Part shown: piece after piece, positions 27,629 to 35,846 of the stretch | Numbering within the stretch: the first letter of the stretch is position 1 | How the letters are laid out: every line of letters starts with the position of its first letter | Assembly (NCBI GenBank): GCA_965205045.1 | Contig: OZ242031.1 | Span: forward strand, 4,572,044 to 4,636,043 | From: Candidatus Rariloculaceae bacterium | GTDB taxonomy: Bacteria > Pseudomonadota > Gammaproteobacteria > Steroidobacterales > Rariloculaceae | Direction: 5' to 3' | DNA length: 64,000 bases | Program-made: the position numbers and the translations under genes | Notes under the pieces: generated by a model | The model's database searches: none | What the model was told of the DNA's origin: nothing | What the model saw: the letters and a program-made list of their open reading frames with translations, nothing else

Positions 27629-30613
27629 TTACCGATCCGCAACGCCCCTTGCGAGCAACTGGTCAAGGCTGGTGGCTACCTCGTATTTGGCGGGGTTCTC
27701 ACGCACCCCCAGCGCTTGGAAATGCTCCTTGCCACACTTGATCTTGTAGGCTTCGGTGAGGCGCAGATCATCCTGCAGCGTGCTGCCTTTCGTCTCGACC
27801 ACGAGATATAGCCGTTCGGCTTCATCGGTGTCGATCAGAACGGCCCAATCGGGGTTGTAGCTCCCGAGCGGCGTGGGAACCTTGAACCAGCCCGGTAGCT
27901 TGGCATAGACCTTGACGGCGGGGTTGTTCTCCAGGTCGTTCGCGAACTTCGCCTCGGTGCCGTGCTCGTAGATGACCTTCTCGTACACCGATCGTTCGGC
28001 GTCGAGCATGTTGCGCAGGTAGCCCGTTAGTTCCTCCTGTTCGAAGAGTTCCTGCGCGTAGCAGGATCGATCACCGATTCGTTGGTACTTGATGCCGTCC
28101 ACCAGGACACGCCGCTTGCACCGGTTGATGATGCTCGCGGCGAGCTCGATAAACTGCTGCGGGTTGCGCTTGAAGTCGTTGAGGCGCTGACTGCCGATCA
28201 GGATTCTGCAAATGCTGCGCCGGGTGAGCTGCGTCCGGTCCTGCAACTCGGTGAGGATATCCGGTAACTCTATTTCCGGCTCATCGAGTACGACCGTAGC
28301 GGCACCTGTGACCTCGCTTGCCTCCACGCCTGCCTGACCGATGGCGATACCCGCCTTTCGCCATTGCAGCCGGGTCCGGGGGATCGGATCCGAGTTTCGC
28401 AGCTCGCCGATCGATCGCTCCAACAGTTCTTCGTTGTCGAAGGTCACGCGATAGGTGGTCTTGTGCTTGATGCGGTCCCACAGGGCCTTGAATTCGGCAC
28501 CCTCGAGCACTGCCTGGCGCGGGCGGACAGCCCGACGCTCGTCGGCGTTCTTGACCTTGAGACGCCCTGAGAGTTTCCTCAGTACGGCGGCGATGTCCGC
28601 CCTCTGGGCGGCAAATTCTTCCGGCAGGTCCAGAGTATCGTCCCGGATCGCCTTTCGGAGAGAGTCCTGTATCCGCCCCTGTGGGTCGATATAGCCTTGC
28701 GACCGCAAGTGCTCGTACAGGGTCTGCGACTGTTCGAATCCGAGGGCTGCCGTTTCTCCCGCATTGACCGCTACCGGAATCTGCGCAAACTGATGCGGTT
28801 CGACAATGCCGAAGCGGATTCCAGTCTCCTCCTCGATCTCGCGTTGAAGGTTTTCGGCAAACTCTTCGTAGCTCTCTCGGGCGATCACCGTGAGCGTATT
28901 CAATTCGAAACCGTGCAATCGTTCGCCGTCCTGATTGACGCAAAGGCGCAGCCCTCGCCCGATCGTCTGCCGGCGTTCGCGCTCGGTCCGGATGTCGCGC
29001 AGGGCGCAGATCTGGAAGACATTGGGGTTGTCCCATCCCTCGCGCAATGCAGAATGAGAGAAGATGAACTTGAGCGGCTCATCGAGGCTGAGCAGCTTCT
29101 CCTTCTCCTTCATGATCAGGTTGTAGGCGCGCTCGGCGTTGTCTCGATTCGTCTGGTTGTTCTCGGCGGTGTCGATCCATCCGCCCTTCTTGTCAATCGA
29201 GAAGTAACCATCGTGAACCTTCTCCGCCGCCGCGGTGAGGTCGGTCTCTCCGAACAGCGGCCGGTAGACGGGGTGGCGCGCAAACTTCCGGTATTCTTCC
29301 TCGAACATGCGGGCATAGTCGCCCTTGACCGCGTTGCCCGCCTCGTCGTAGCTGCGGTAACGCTCCACCGCGTCGATGAAAAAGAGGCTCAGCACCTTGA
29401 TCTCCTGCGGGCGCAGGCGCTTCTCCTTGTCGAGATGCTCGCGAATGGTTCGCCGGATCATTTGTCGCGTAACGGCGGCGGCGTCCACGTCGCCCCAGGC
29501 TTCGCCATCGCTGAGAAAATGCTCGCCTCCCGGCACGCGGAGTTCGACGAACGCGCTTTCCCGTCCGACCCTGATCTCGCCGATGCGGCAGTCTCGGTAG
29601 ACCGGTCGGCCTGTTGTCTGTTCGAGATCGTCGCCATCCATGACGACCCTCTCACCGCGACGCACTCGTCCGGCACTATCCACATCGAGCTCGACCTTCG
29701 CGCTGATGACGCCGCGTCTGTTGCTTGTCGAGAGCAGCCGGACATAGGGGCGGTTGTGGGCGTCCTCGACAGTCGCGGACGCCACCTCGATCTGCTTGAC
29801 GAGCTTGCGCTCGTAGGCATCGACCGCATCCAGCCGGTAGACCATGTGGTGCCTGTCGACGTGCGTTGCCGAGTAACGCAACGTGCAGAGCGGGTTCATC
29901 GCACCCAAGGCTGCCTTGCCCTGTCCCTTGAGGCCGCCGTCCACGCTCTGCGGTTCGTCCACGATCAGGACAGGCCGGGTGGCGCTGATTAGGTCGATGG
30001 GCTTTTCTCCGCCAGTCTTCTCGCTGTCCTTGTAGAGATTGTTGACAGCCTTCTTGTTGATGGCACCCACTGTCACCACCATGATCTGGATTTGCGGGCT
30101 GGTGGCGAAGTTTCGGACCTGGCCGAGTTTCGCCGAATCGTAGAGAAAGTACTCGAACGGCGTGCCAGAATACAGCGCCCGGAAATGATCGTCGGTTATC
30201 TGCAGCGACTTGTAGACGCCTTCCTTTATCGCGACCGACGGGACCACGATGACGAACTTGGTGAATCCGTAGCGCTTGTTCAGCTCGAAGATCGTGCGCA
30301 GGTAGACGTAGGTCTTGCCGGTGCCGGTCTCCATCTCCACTGTGAAGTCGCCGGAGGCCAGGGACCCGGACGGCGGCAGGCCGTTGCGAAGCTGGATGTC
30401 GTTGAGGTTCGCCAGAATCTCTTCGTCCAGCAAGTTCAGCCGGTTGCCGACACCGAGATTGTTGTGCGCAAAGGCAAGCGCTTCCTGCCTATCCGACGGG
30501 CTCCGGGTAACCGTGAACTCCGTGCGGCAGACCTCCTGGCCGTGGAACAGATCGCACACGGCACCCACCGCCTGCAACTGGAAATCGAGGTTGGGATCGA
30601 AGCGGAGCTTCAT
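27629..30613 (-). CDS. res: Type III restriction enzyme Res subunit (helicase plus PD-(D/E)xK nuclease)
   Basis: 994 aa. METGTGKTYVY (motif I), LIVDEPQS (motif II). C-terminal nuclease: YNPDWAVLID...LYLVVETKGS. GGAG lies before the ATG. Confidence 0.9.
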   Translation of the reverse strand: MKLRFDPNLDFQLQAVGAVCDLFHGQEVCRTEFTVTRSPSDRQEALAFAHNNLGVGNRLNLLDEEILANLNDIQLRNGLPPSGSLASGDFTVEMETGTGKTYVYLRTIFELNKRYGFTKFVIVVPSVAIKEGVYKSLQITDDHFRALYSGTPFEYFLYDSAKLGQVRNFATSPQIQIMVVTVGAINKKAVNNLYKDSEKTGGEKPIDLISATRPVLIVDEPQSVDGGLKGQGKAALGAMNPLCTLRYSATHVDRHHMVYRLDAVDAYERKLVKQIEVASATVEDAHNRPYVRLLSTSNRRGVISAKVELDVDSAGRVRRGERVVMDGDDLEQTTGRPVYRDCRIGEIRVGRESAFVELRVPGGEHFLSDGEAWGDVDAAAVTRQMIRRTIREHLDKEKRLRPQEIKVLSLFFIDAVERYRSYDEAGNAVKGDYARMFEEEYRKFARHPVYRPLFGETDLTAAAEKVHDGYFSIDKKGGWIDTAENNQTNRDNAERAYNLIMKEKEKLLSLDEPLKFIFSHSALREGWDNPNVFQICALRDIRTERERRQTIGRGLRLCVNQDGERLHGFELNTLTVIARESYEEFAENLQREIEEETGIRFGIVEPHQFAQIPVAVNAGETAALGFEQSQTLYEHLRSQGYIDPQGRIQDSLRKAIRDDTLDLPEEFAAQRADIAAVLRKLSGRLKVKNADERRAVRPRQAVLEGAEFKALWDRIKHKTTYRVTFDNEELLERSIGELRNSDPIPRTRLQWRKAGIAIGQAGVEASEVTGAATVVLDEPEIELPDILTELQDRTQLTRRSICRILIGSQRLNDFKRNPQQFIELAASIINRCKRRVLVDGIKYQRIGDRSCYAQELFEQEELTGYLRNMLDAERSVYEKVIYEHGTEAKFANDLENNPAVKVYAKLPGWFKVPTPLGSYNPDWAVLIDTDEAERLYLVVETKGSTLQDDLRLTEAYKIKCGKEHFQALGVRENPAKYEVATSLDQLLARGVADR

Positions 30614-31119
30614 TTCTCCATGTCCGCTCTAAGGCGTGCGTTTAGTTCGCCGGGGACGATACGGCCTTGCTCGATCGCTGATGCCAGGAGCGCCTTCACC
30701 CGCGCCTTGCTTATCCTCCGCCAATGTTTCTCCCTGACGGCCGCATCCACCTTTTGAGCCAGCCTCCCAAGGCGTACGTAATCGAGCTGGCAAATGTCAA
30801 CGTGGCGCTCGGCAAGGTCGGCGACGGGCGTTCGTCCCGGCGAGTCCCTGAGCGGGTGTCCATCGGATCGTAGCGCCTCCTCGTCCACCCAGACGATGTC
30901 CACCTTCGCAACGCGCTCCGCCGCCGCTGCAATCGCCAGCACCGCATCCTCGATGTCAGCGACCGCGCCAGCGTGGCATCTCCAAAACGACAGGGCATCC
31001 TGCCGGGTGCGCAGATCGCCAGTCACCGCGTCCGCTGAAATTTCGCCCCTCGACAAGCCACGCGATAAATTGCGGTCATCGTCCCACTTCGAGCGGGAAA
31101 ACTTCCGGGCAAGAAACAC
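30610..31119 (-). CDS. Hypothetical 169-aa protein, translationally coupled to res
   Basis: GTG 31119 lies 9 nt after the upstream stop. Its own stop overlaps the res ATG (ATGA at 30610..30613). N-terminus: ...SRSKWDDD...ISADAVTGDLRTRQDALSFW. No family recognised. Confidence 0.6.
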   Translation of the reverse strand: MFLARKFSRSKWDDDRNLSRGLSRGEISADAVTGDLRTRQDALSFWRCHAGAVADIEDAVLAIAAAAERVAKVDIVWVDEEALRSDGHPLRDSPGRTPVADLAERHVDICQLDYVRLGRLAQKVDAAVREKHWRRISKARVKALLASAIEQGRIVPGELNARLRADMEK

Positions 31120-31128
31120 GACGGGCGC

Positions 31129-31836
31129 CTACTCGCCGAGATCTTCCAGGACATCTTTAATGTAATCGCGGAGCCACGATACCTTTTCGGTATGGCAACG
31201 AAGTACGTCCTGGACCTCCGTGTCGCCCCATTCCTCCGCAGCCTGCACGGCTGCGTCCCTCATCTCGACATCGTTGGATGCAAGCGCATCTCGCGCAATC
31301 CGAGCTCGCCATGCCGACGTTGCGGGCCGGCGACGGCCAAGGCAGCGTAGAACCGAGGCCGCAATGCCCGGTTGCTCTACATCAATGGCCAGTCCGCGTA
31401 GCCATGAAAGTGCATCATGACTATTGAGCGAAAGCAATGCGTCGTCGATTATCTGCTCCGCTGGATGAGTGATACCATCTTCAACAGGTTCCGATTCCAG
31501 GGCAATTCTCAATCTGGTTTCAAACGATCTCGGGTCAAGGGCCAAGCCGGGGTCCAGGTCCGCAAAAAAGGTTCTGTCAACGACGGCTGGAAAAATCGTC
31601 TCTCCCAGCAAAGCAACAATCGCTGTTCCATCCGCCACATCAACCAACTCTTGCCCTAACTCGAGGAACAGGACCCTGAGGCGGGCTTGTTCCGGCGACG
31701 CTCCCAGCGACTCCCTACCGCTTGGCAAGACGGCCATTCTCTTGTAAGGCACGCTACGGCGTTCAAAACGAGAAATTGAATTGCCATGAATCATCGACGG
31801 CGACCGCGACTCTATTTTCCTGGCTTCAAGCGGCAT
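31129..31836 (-). CDS. Hypothetical 235-aa protein with a HEAT/PBS-lyase-like C-terminal repeat
   Basis: ATG 31836 overlaps the TIGR04255-like gene by 11 nt. C-terminus: ARDALASNDVEMRDAAVQAAEEWGDTEVQDVL. Alternative starts at 31794 and 31737. Confidence 0.55.
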   Translation of the reverse strand: MPLEARKIESRSPSMIHGNSISRFERRSVPYKRMAVLPSGRESLGASPEQARLRVLFLELGQELVDVADGTAIVALLGETIFPAVVDRTFFADLDPGLALDPRSFETRLRIALESEPVEDGITHPAEQIIDDALLSLNSHDALSWLRGLAIDVEQPGIAASVLRCLGRRRPATSAWRARIARDALASNDVEMRDAAVQAAEEWGDTEVQDVLRCHTEKVSWLRDYIKDVLEDLGE

Positions 31837-32596
31837 CGAAAATCCTCCTGGCCTTGTCCGTTACAATTGCTTCGAATGCGGAACCAACTCGTTCGTGAAG
31901 AGCATCGGCCAAGACCGACGCCTGCTCCGAGCCGATTGGTGGTTCCTCGTCTCTTATGGCATCCAGATCGAGGAGACACTCCACGCCGCTCTCCGAAGCG
32001 CCAAGTAGTCCGTACGATACGACCAGTCGTGCTGCATCGTCATATATGTATTCCACCCGGCTGAGGAAATTCGAATAGTCCTCTGGTAGCCCTTCGACCT
32101 TCATGTGTGCACAGTTGAGATACTCTTCGATCTCCACGTTTTGCCCAGGAATCAATATTCGATTGATGTATCGCACCCCAACACGACTGATCGCGCTTCC
32201 TTCGACGATCTTCAAGTAGGCTTCCAGCGCATCCATGATGCGGGGCCTGAACTCCTTCCAACCGCCTCGTTCAATATGTTCAGCGCTTTGGTACGGGCGC
32301 AGCATATGGATGCTGAGCACATTCGGGCCGATGCCGACCAGTCGGTTTCCGTCTTCGGTCACGAGTTGGACCTTTGCCACCCCCTCTTCGTAACTCAGGT
32401 TGGCTGGCTGCCCATCCTTGACGCTGAGTTCGACTTGCAACGCCTTCTGCTCTCTCGACTTGCCGGAATATTCGTTTCCGAGAGCTGCTTGAAGCTTTCC
32501 CGGAATGGTGAAGTCCCAATCCGACCCTGGCACAAATCGAAACTCACAGAACGCTTCCTGTATGGGAGGGCTCCTGTACCTTTTGCGCTGGTTCAT
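31826..32596 (-). CDS. TIGR04255-family uncharacterised protein
   Basis: N-terminus YRSPPIQEAFCEFRFVPGSDWDFTIPGKL and length (256 aa) fit my recollection of TIGR04255. Confidence 0.7.
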   Translation of the reverse strand: MNQRKRYRSPPIQEAFCEFRFVPGSDWDFTIPGKLQAALGNEYSGKSREQKALQVELSVKDGQPANLSYEEGVAKVQLVTEDGNRLVGIGPNVLSIHMLRPYQSAEHIERGGWKEFRPRIMDALEAYLKIVEGSAISRVGVRYINRILIPGQNVEIEEYLNCAHMKVEGLPEDYSNFLSRVEYIYDDAARLVVSYGLLGASESGVECLLDLDAIRDEEPPIGSEQASVLADALHERVGSAFEAIVTDKARRIFDAA

Positions 32597-32697
32597 TGTC
32601 TGCTTTCTCGAGTTGGGTTTCTGTCTACAGGCCCGTTACAGGGACCACTTAACTCCTGCAATCGGAAATCGAGGTCGAGTTTGAAGCGGAGTTTCAT
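32593..32697 (-). pseudogene. Fossil res 5-prime end, now a 34-codon leader ORF overlapping the TIGR04255-like start
   Basis: 32655..32697 matches res 30571..30613 at 36 of 43 nt (hand count). Peptides: MKLRFKLDLDFRLQ versus MKLRFDPNLDFQLQ. Its TGA overlaps ATG 32596 (ATGA). Confidence 0.6.
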
Positions 32698-32740
32698 GGT
32701 TGTGGCCAGCCATTCTTTTCTCAGGATCGGTTGCGAACCG

Positions 32741-32953
32741 TCATGCGTACATCAGGCGCTCGCCCTTCGGCTGGGGAATTGGATCGCCAAATTCCCCAGC
32801 CGTGTCGATCCAGAGTTGCATTGCCTCGTTGACATTTTTCAGCGCATCGTTCTGGCTGTCGCAGTGGGCCACGCAACCCGGAAGCTCCGGCACTTCGGCA
32901 ATAAAGGCCGAGTCCTCGTTGCTCCAGTACAGGATGATCTCGTACTTGTACAT
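32741..32953 (-). CDS. hicB: HicB-family antitoxin (UPF0150-type)
   Basis: MYKYEIILYWSNEDSAFIAEVPELPGCVAHCDSQNDALKNVNEAMQLWIDTAGEFGDPIPQP. Confidence 0.75.
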   Translation of the reverse strand: MYKYEIILYWSNEDSAFIAEVPELPGCVAHCDSQNDALKNVNEAMQLWIDTAGEFGDPIPQPKGERLMYA

Positions 32954-33082
32954 CAACGTTACCTTCCCTATTGATATTTCAGGAAAATCCGACGAAGCTG
33001 CTTGACCTGTTTCGGAAAAGCGAATGTTGGCATCCGACCTTCCGCCGAGGATGGTCTGCAACAGACGCTCATGGCGATTCAT
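32954..33082 (-). pseudogene. hicA: Truncated hicA toxin remnant, fused in frame to the hicB upstream region
   Basis: MNRHERLLQTILGGRSDANIRFSE resembles the first 25 or so residues of the HicA variant MNSKxRKTLxAIFxDPVxAxIxWxDIE. The rest of the toxin is missing. Confidence 0.4.
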
Positions 33083-33108
33083 GGGTTGTCCTCGTCAACT
33101 CTTCGGCA

Positions 33109-35091
33109 TCACAGGCTTCGGACGTTGCCGAGACCGCGCTGCTTGAGGATCTCTGTGAGGTTTGTCTTGGCGACATCGTCGGTGAAGGCGCTGTCGCGAA
33201 ACACGACGGTGGAGTCACCCGCCGGCGCGAGCGCATCATGCCAATTGGCGATGCCCTCCGCCAGCGGCTCCGCTTCGTCGCGGGAGATTGCTTCGTCGAG
33301 GCAGGCAATCAAAGTGCCAGCGCCGACTGAGTGCACGGACTTATCCAAGATGGATCGCGTTTCGATGGGAACGCAGAGATCCAAGCCTTGTTTCAGGAGG
33401 ATTTCATAGAGGATGTCCTGCTCGGTCCGTCCCAGCTCGATATGGTCGAGATCGGAAAGCAGTGCGCCTTCCAGATCGCTTGGCGTCGGGTCCCAAGCCC
33501 GGATGTTCGAAGTATCGAGCTTGAAGACGCGGAAGCCGAGATCACCATGGTAATTGGGATTTTCGTCCCTGATCTTTCTTGTGGCGCGGCGAAGTCTCTC
33601 TTTTGTGAGTGCGGCAATGTTTCGCGGCATTCCAAGTTGGTCGCAAAACTCAACAGCAGATCGATGACTTTTGTTGCGCGGGCTAAGCCGTTCCGGTAAC
33701 TGCACAGAAATATGCCTTCTGGCCCCTCCGTCAATAGAATTCTGAGCCATTACGGCGTGTGCGGTAGTGCCCGAACCAGAGAAAAAATCCAATACGACAT
33801 CATCCGGCTTAGTTGTTATGAATACGCATCGACGCAACAATTCGACTGGTTTAGGATGATCGAATACCCCGCCCATACCCAAACGTCCGAGCTCCTTGGT
33901 TCCCTGTTCGCTGATAAACTCTGTATCAAGCCAAATCGATTTGGGTTTGGTCGTGTTCTTTCTCGATTTTTGATAGACATTCCATTTTCCATCGCGAAGC
34001 TTACGCGCAACCAATACAGGAGAATTATCCTTCAAGGAGAGGCTCGATATTTTTTCTTTACTCCAACGCCAACAGCCATCCTCTCCCTTGCTGTTCTTTG
34101 GGTATACCGCAATAGAATCAGAGTCATTCGTCAGAGAAACCTTGGAGTAGCCACATTCATCCAGTGAATCCTCTCTTGCGTATATTGGAAAAAAAAGATT
34201 CGGCCTATTATGTCGACCAAACTTTGGGTTTCTGTTACGCAATTCCCATAAGTCGAATGAACCGAGAGAATCCTGATAAGGAAGCGAACTATTTCCCTTC
34301 TCCAATTCATTAAGGCCAATACCTTCATCTTTCGAGTAGATCACCAAGAATTCATGTGTTTTGGCGATCTGCTTGTAAGTCTGTCCTCGCTTATTGGATT
34401 GGACAATAATTTGTGCTTGAAATTGTTCTTCGCCAAAAATTTCATCCAATACTTTGCGAATATTGGATACTTCCGTATCATCAATTGAAACTGCAATTAG
34501 CCCATCGACCGTCAAGAGGTTTCGTGCAACTTTGAGTCGAGGATAAATCATACTTAGCCAGTCCGTATGGAATCGGCCTGATGCTTCTGGATTGGATGTT
34601 ACGACGTGGGTGTTCTCATCTATCTGACCTGTGATCGCAAGATAGTTCTTTACGTTGCTACGATAATCGTCCGGATAAATAAAGTCCTTGCCAGTGTTGT
34701 AGGGAGGGTCGATATAGATCAGTTTCACCTTGCCGGCGTAGCTCTTTTGAAGGAGCTTCAGCACTTCCAGGTTGTCGCCTTCTATCATCAGGTTTTGCGT
34801 CGAATTCCAATCTATGCTTTCCTCGGGGCAGGGACGCAGAGTGCCGGTTGACGGTGTGAGCGCGAGTTTCCGCGCACGGCGTTTGCCATGCCAGTTGAGG
34901 CCATACTTCTCCTCTCCTTCGTCGACCGAATCTCCGAGAAGCTGTCGGAGCACGTCGAAATCCACTTTTCCCTCAGTGAATGCTTCGGGGAGCAGACCTT
35001 TCAGTTGTTCAAGGTTGTCGGCGACGATATCCGCCGAGTGCGTTTCCGGGTCGCCGGCGACGATCCTTTCCATAGTGTGCGTCTCTTTCAC
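33109..35091 (-). CDS. mod: Type III-like Mod DNA methyltransferase (beta-class amino-methyltransferase)
   Basis: KLIYIDPPYNTGKDF (motif IV) precedes VLDFFSGSGTTAHAV (motif I). GTG 35091 overlaps the DUF4391 stop; alternative ATG at 35073. Confidence 0.9.
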   Translation of the reverse strand: MKETHTMERIVAGDPETHSADIVADNLEQLKGLLPEAFTEGKVDFDVLRQLLGDSVDEGEEKYGLNWHGKRRARKLALTPSTGTLRPCPEESIDWNSTQNLMIEGDNLEVLKLLQKSYAGKVKLIYIDPPYNTGKDFIYPDDYRSNVKNYLAITGQIDENTHVVTSNPEASGRFHTDWLSMIYPRLKVARNLLTVDGLIAVSIDDTEVSNIRKVLDEIFGEEQFQAQIIVQSNKRGQTYKQIAKTHEFLVIYSKDEGIGLNELEKGNSSLPYQDSLGSFDLWELRNRNPKFGRHNRPNLFFPIYAREDSLDECGYSKVSLTNDSDSIAVYPKNSKGEDGCWRWSKEKISSLSLKDNSPVLVARKLRDGKWNVYQKSRKNTTKPKSIWLDTEFISEQGTKELGRLGMGGVFDHPKPVELLRRCVFITTKPDDVVLDFFSGSGTTAHAVMAQNSIDGGARRHISVQLPERLSPRNKSHRSAVEFCDQLGMPRNIAALTKERLRRATRKIRDENPNYHGDLGFRVFKLDTSNIRAWDPTPSDLEGALLSDLDHIELGRTEQDILYEILLKQGLDLCVPIETRSILDKSVHSVGAGTLIACLDEAISRDEAEPLAEGIANWHDALAPAGDSTVVFRDSAFTDDVAKTNLTEILKQRGLGNVRSL

Positions 35092-35846
35092 AGTCTAGCC
35101 CGCGCCGCGTCCCGGCCGACGCGCAACCGCGCCAGCTCAATATTCATTTCGGCTCGACGGGCCATCTGTTTCTCCTTGCTTGCGGCGGAGTATACATTCG
35201 CGATCCTCTCGCTGAGATACCTGTATTCCCGTAATGCTGCCTCCTTTTCGGAGGCAGCGGCCGCCGTGGGCGGAAGGCGAAAGCCGCCCGTAATCGTGGC
35301 AGCTTGGAGCGCCTGGACCGTAGCGATCCACCCCCGATACAAATCCCGGAGCGTCCCGCGCGGTTGCCTCACTAGGGCAAGGGCGTCGCGAAACGCTGCC
35401 AATGACTCGCCCGGGCAGTCACCGCTGACCCGCGTGGAGACGATCTCACCGTCGATCACGATCTTGTGGGATTCTCCCAGCGAATGGCGCTTGTGGGCCA
35501 GCGAGAGTCCCGGCGTTCCTTCACTCCATGCGATCAGGAGCACCGGATACGGGATGGAACGGTGAATCAATTCGACAAGACGCTCGCTACGTGCGGCGGG
35601 ACGCAGCACGAGCTTCAGAATAGTAATCTCATGGTACTCTCGGTCGGCGTCACGGTATTCGGCAACGCCGACGGTGGCCGGTTTGAGCGCCGCGAGCCAC
35701 CGTAATTCCTCGATACCCTCCCCGATGCGCCGCCGGTCGCCCGCTGCGAAGGTGCCGTTCTCGATGAGCAGAGTCTTGGGAACGCGGCGGTCGACGAGCG
35801 CATCAGCTGGGAGCGCGAGCGCCTCGAAGGGATCGAATGGTGTCAC
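35088..35846 (-). CDS. DUF4391-domain protein
   Basis: RRVPKTLLIENG...IEELRWLAALKPATVGV...YHEITILKLVLR...IHRSIPYPVLLIAW...LSLAHKR fits the DUF4391 pattern as I recall it. GTG start overlaps the helicase stop (GTGA). Confidence 0.7.
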   Translation of the reverse strand: MTPFDPFEALALPADALVDRRVPKTLLIENGTFAAGDRRRIGEGIEELRWLAALKPATVGVAEYRDADREYHEITILKLVLRPAARSERLVELIHRSIPYPVLLIAWSEGTPGLSLAHKRHSLGESHKIVIDGEIVSTRVSGDCPGESLAAFRDALALVRQPRGTLRDLYRGWIATVQALQAATITGGFRLPPTAAAASEKEAALREYRYLSERIANVYSAASKEKQMARRAEMNIELARLRVGRDAARARL

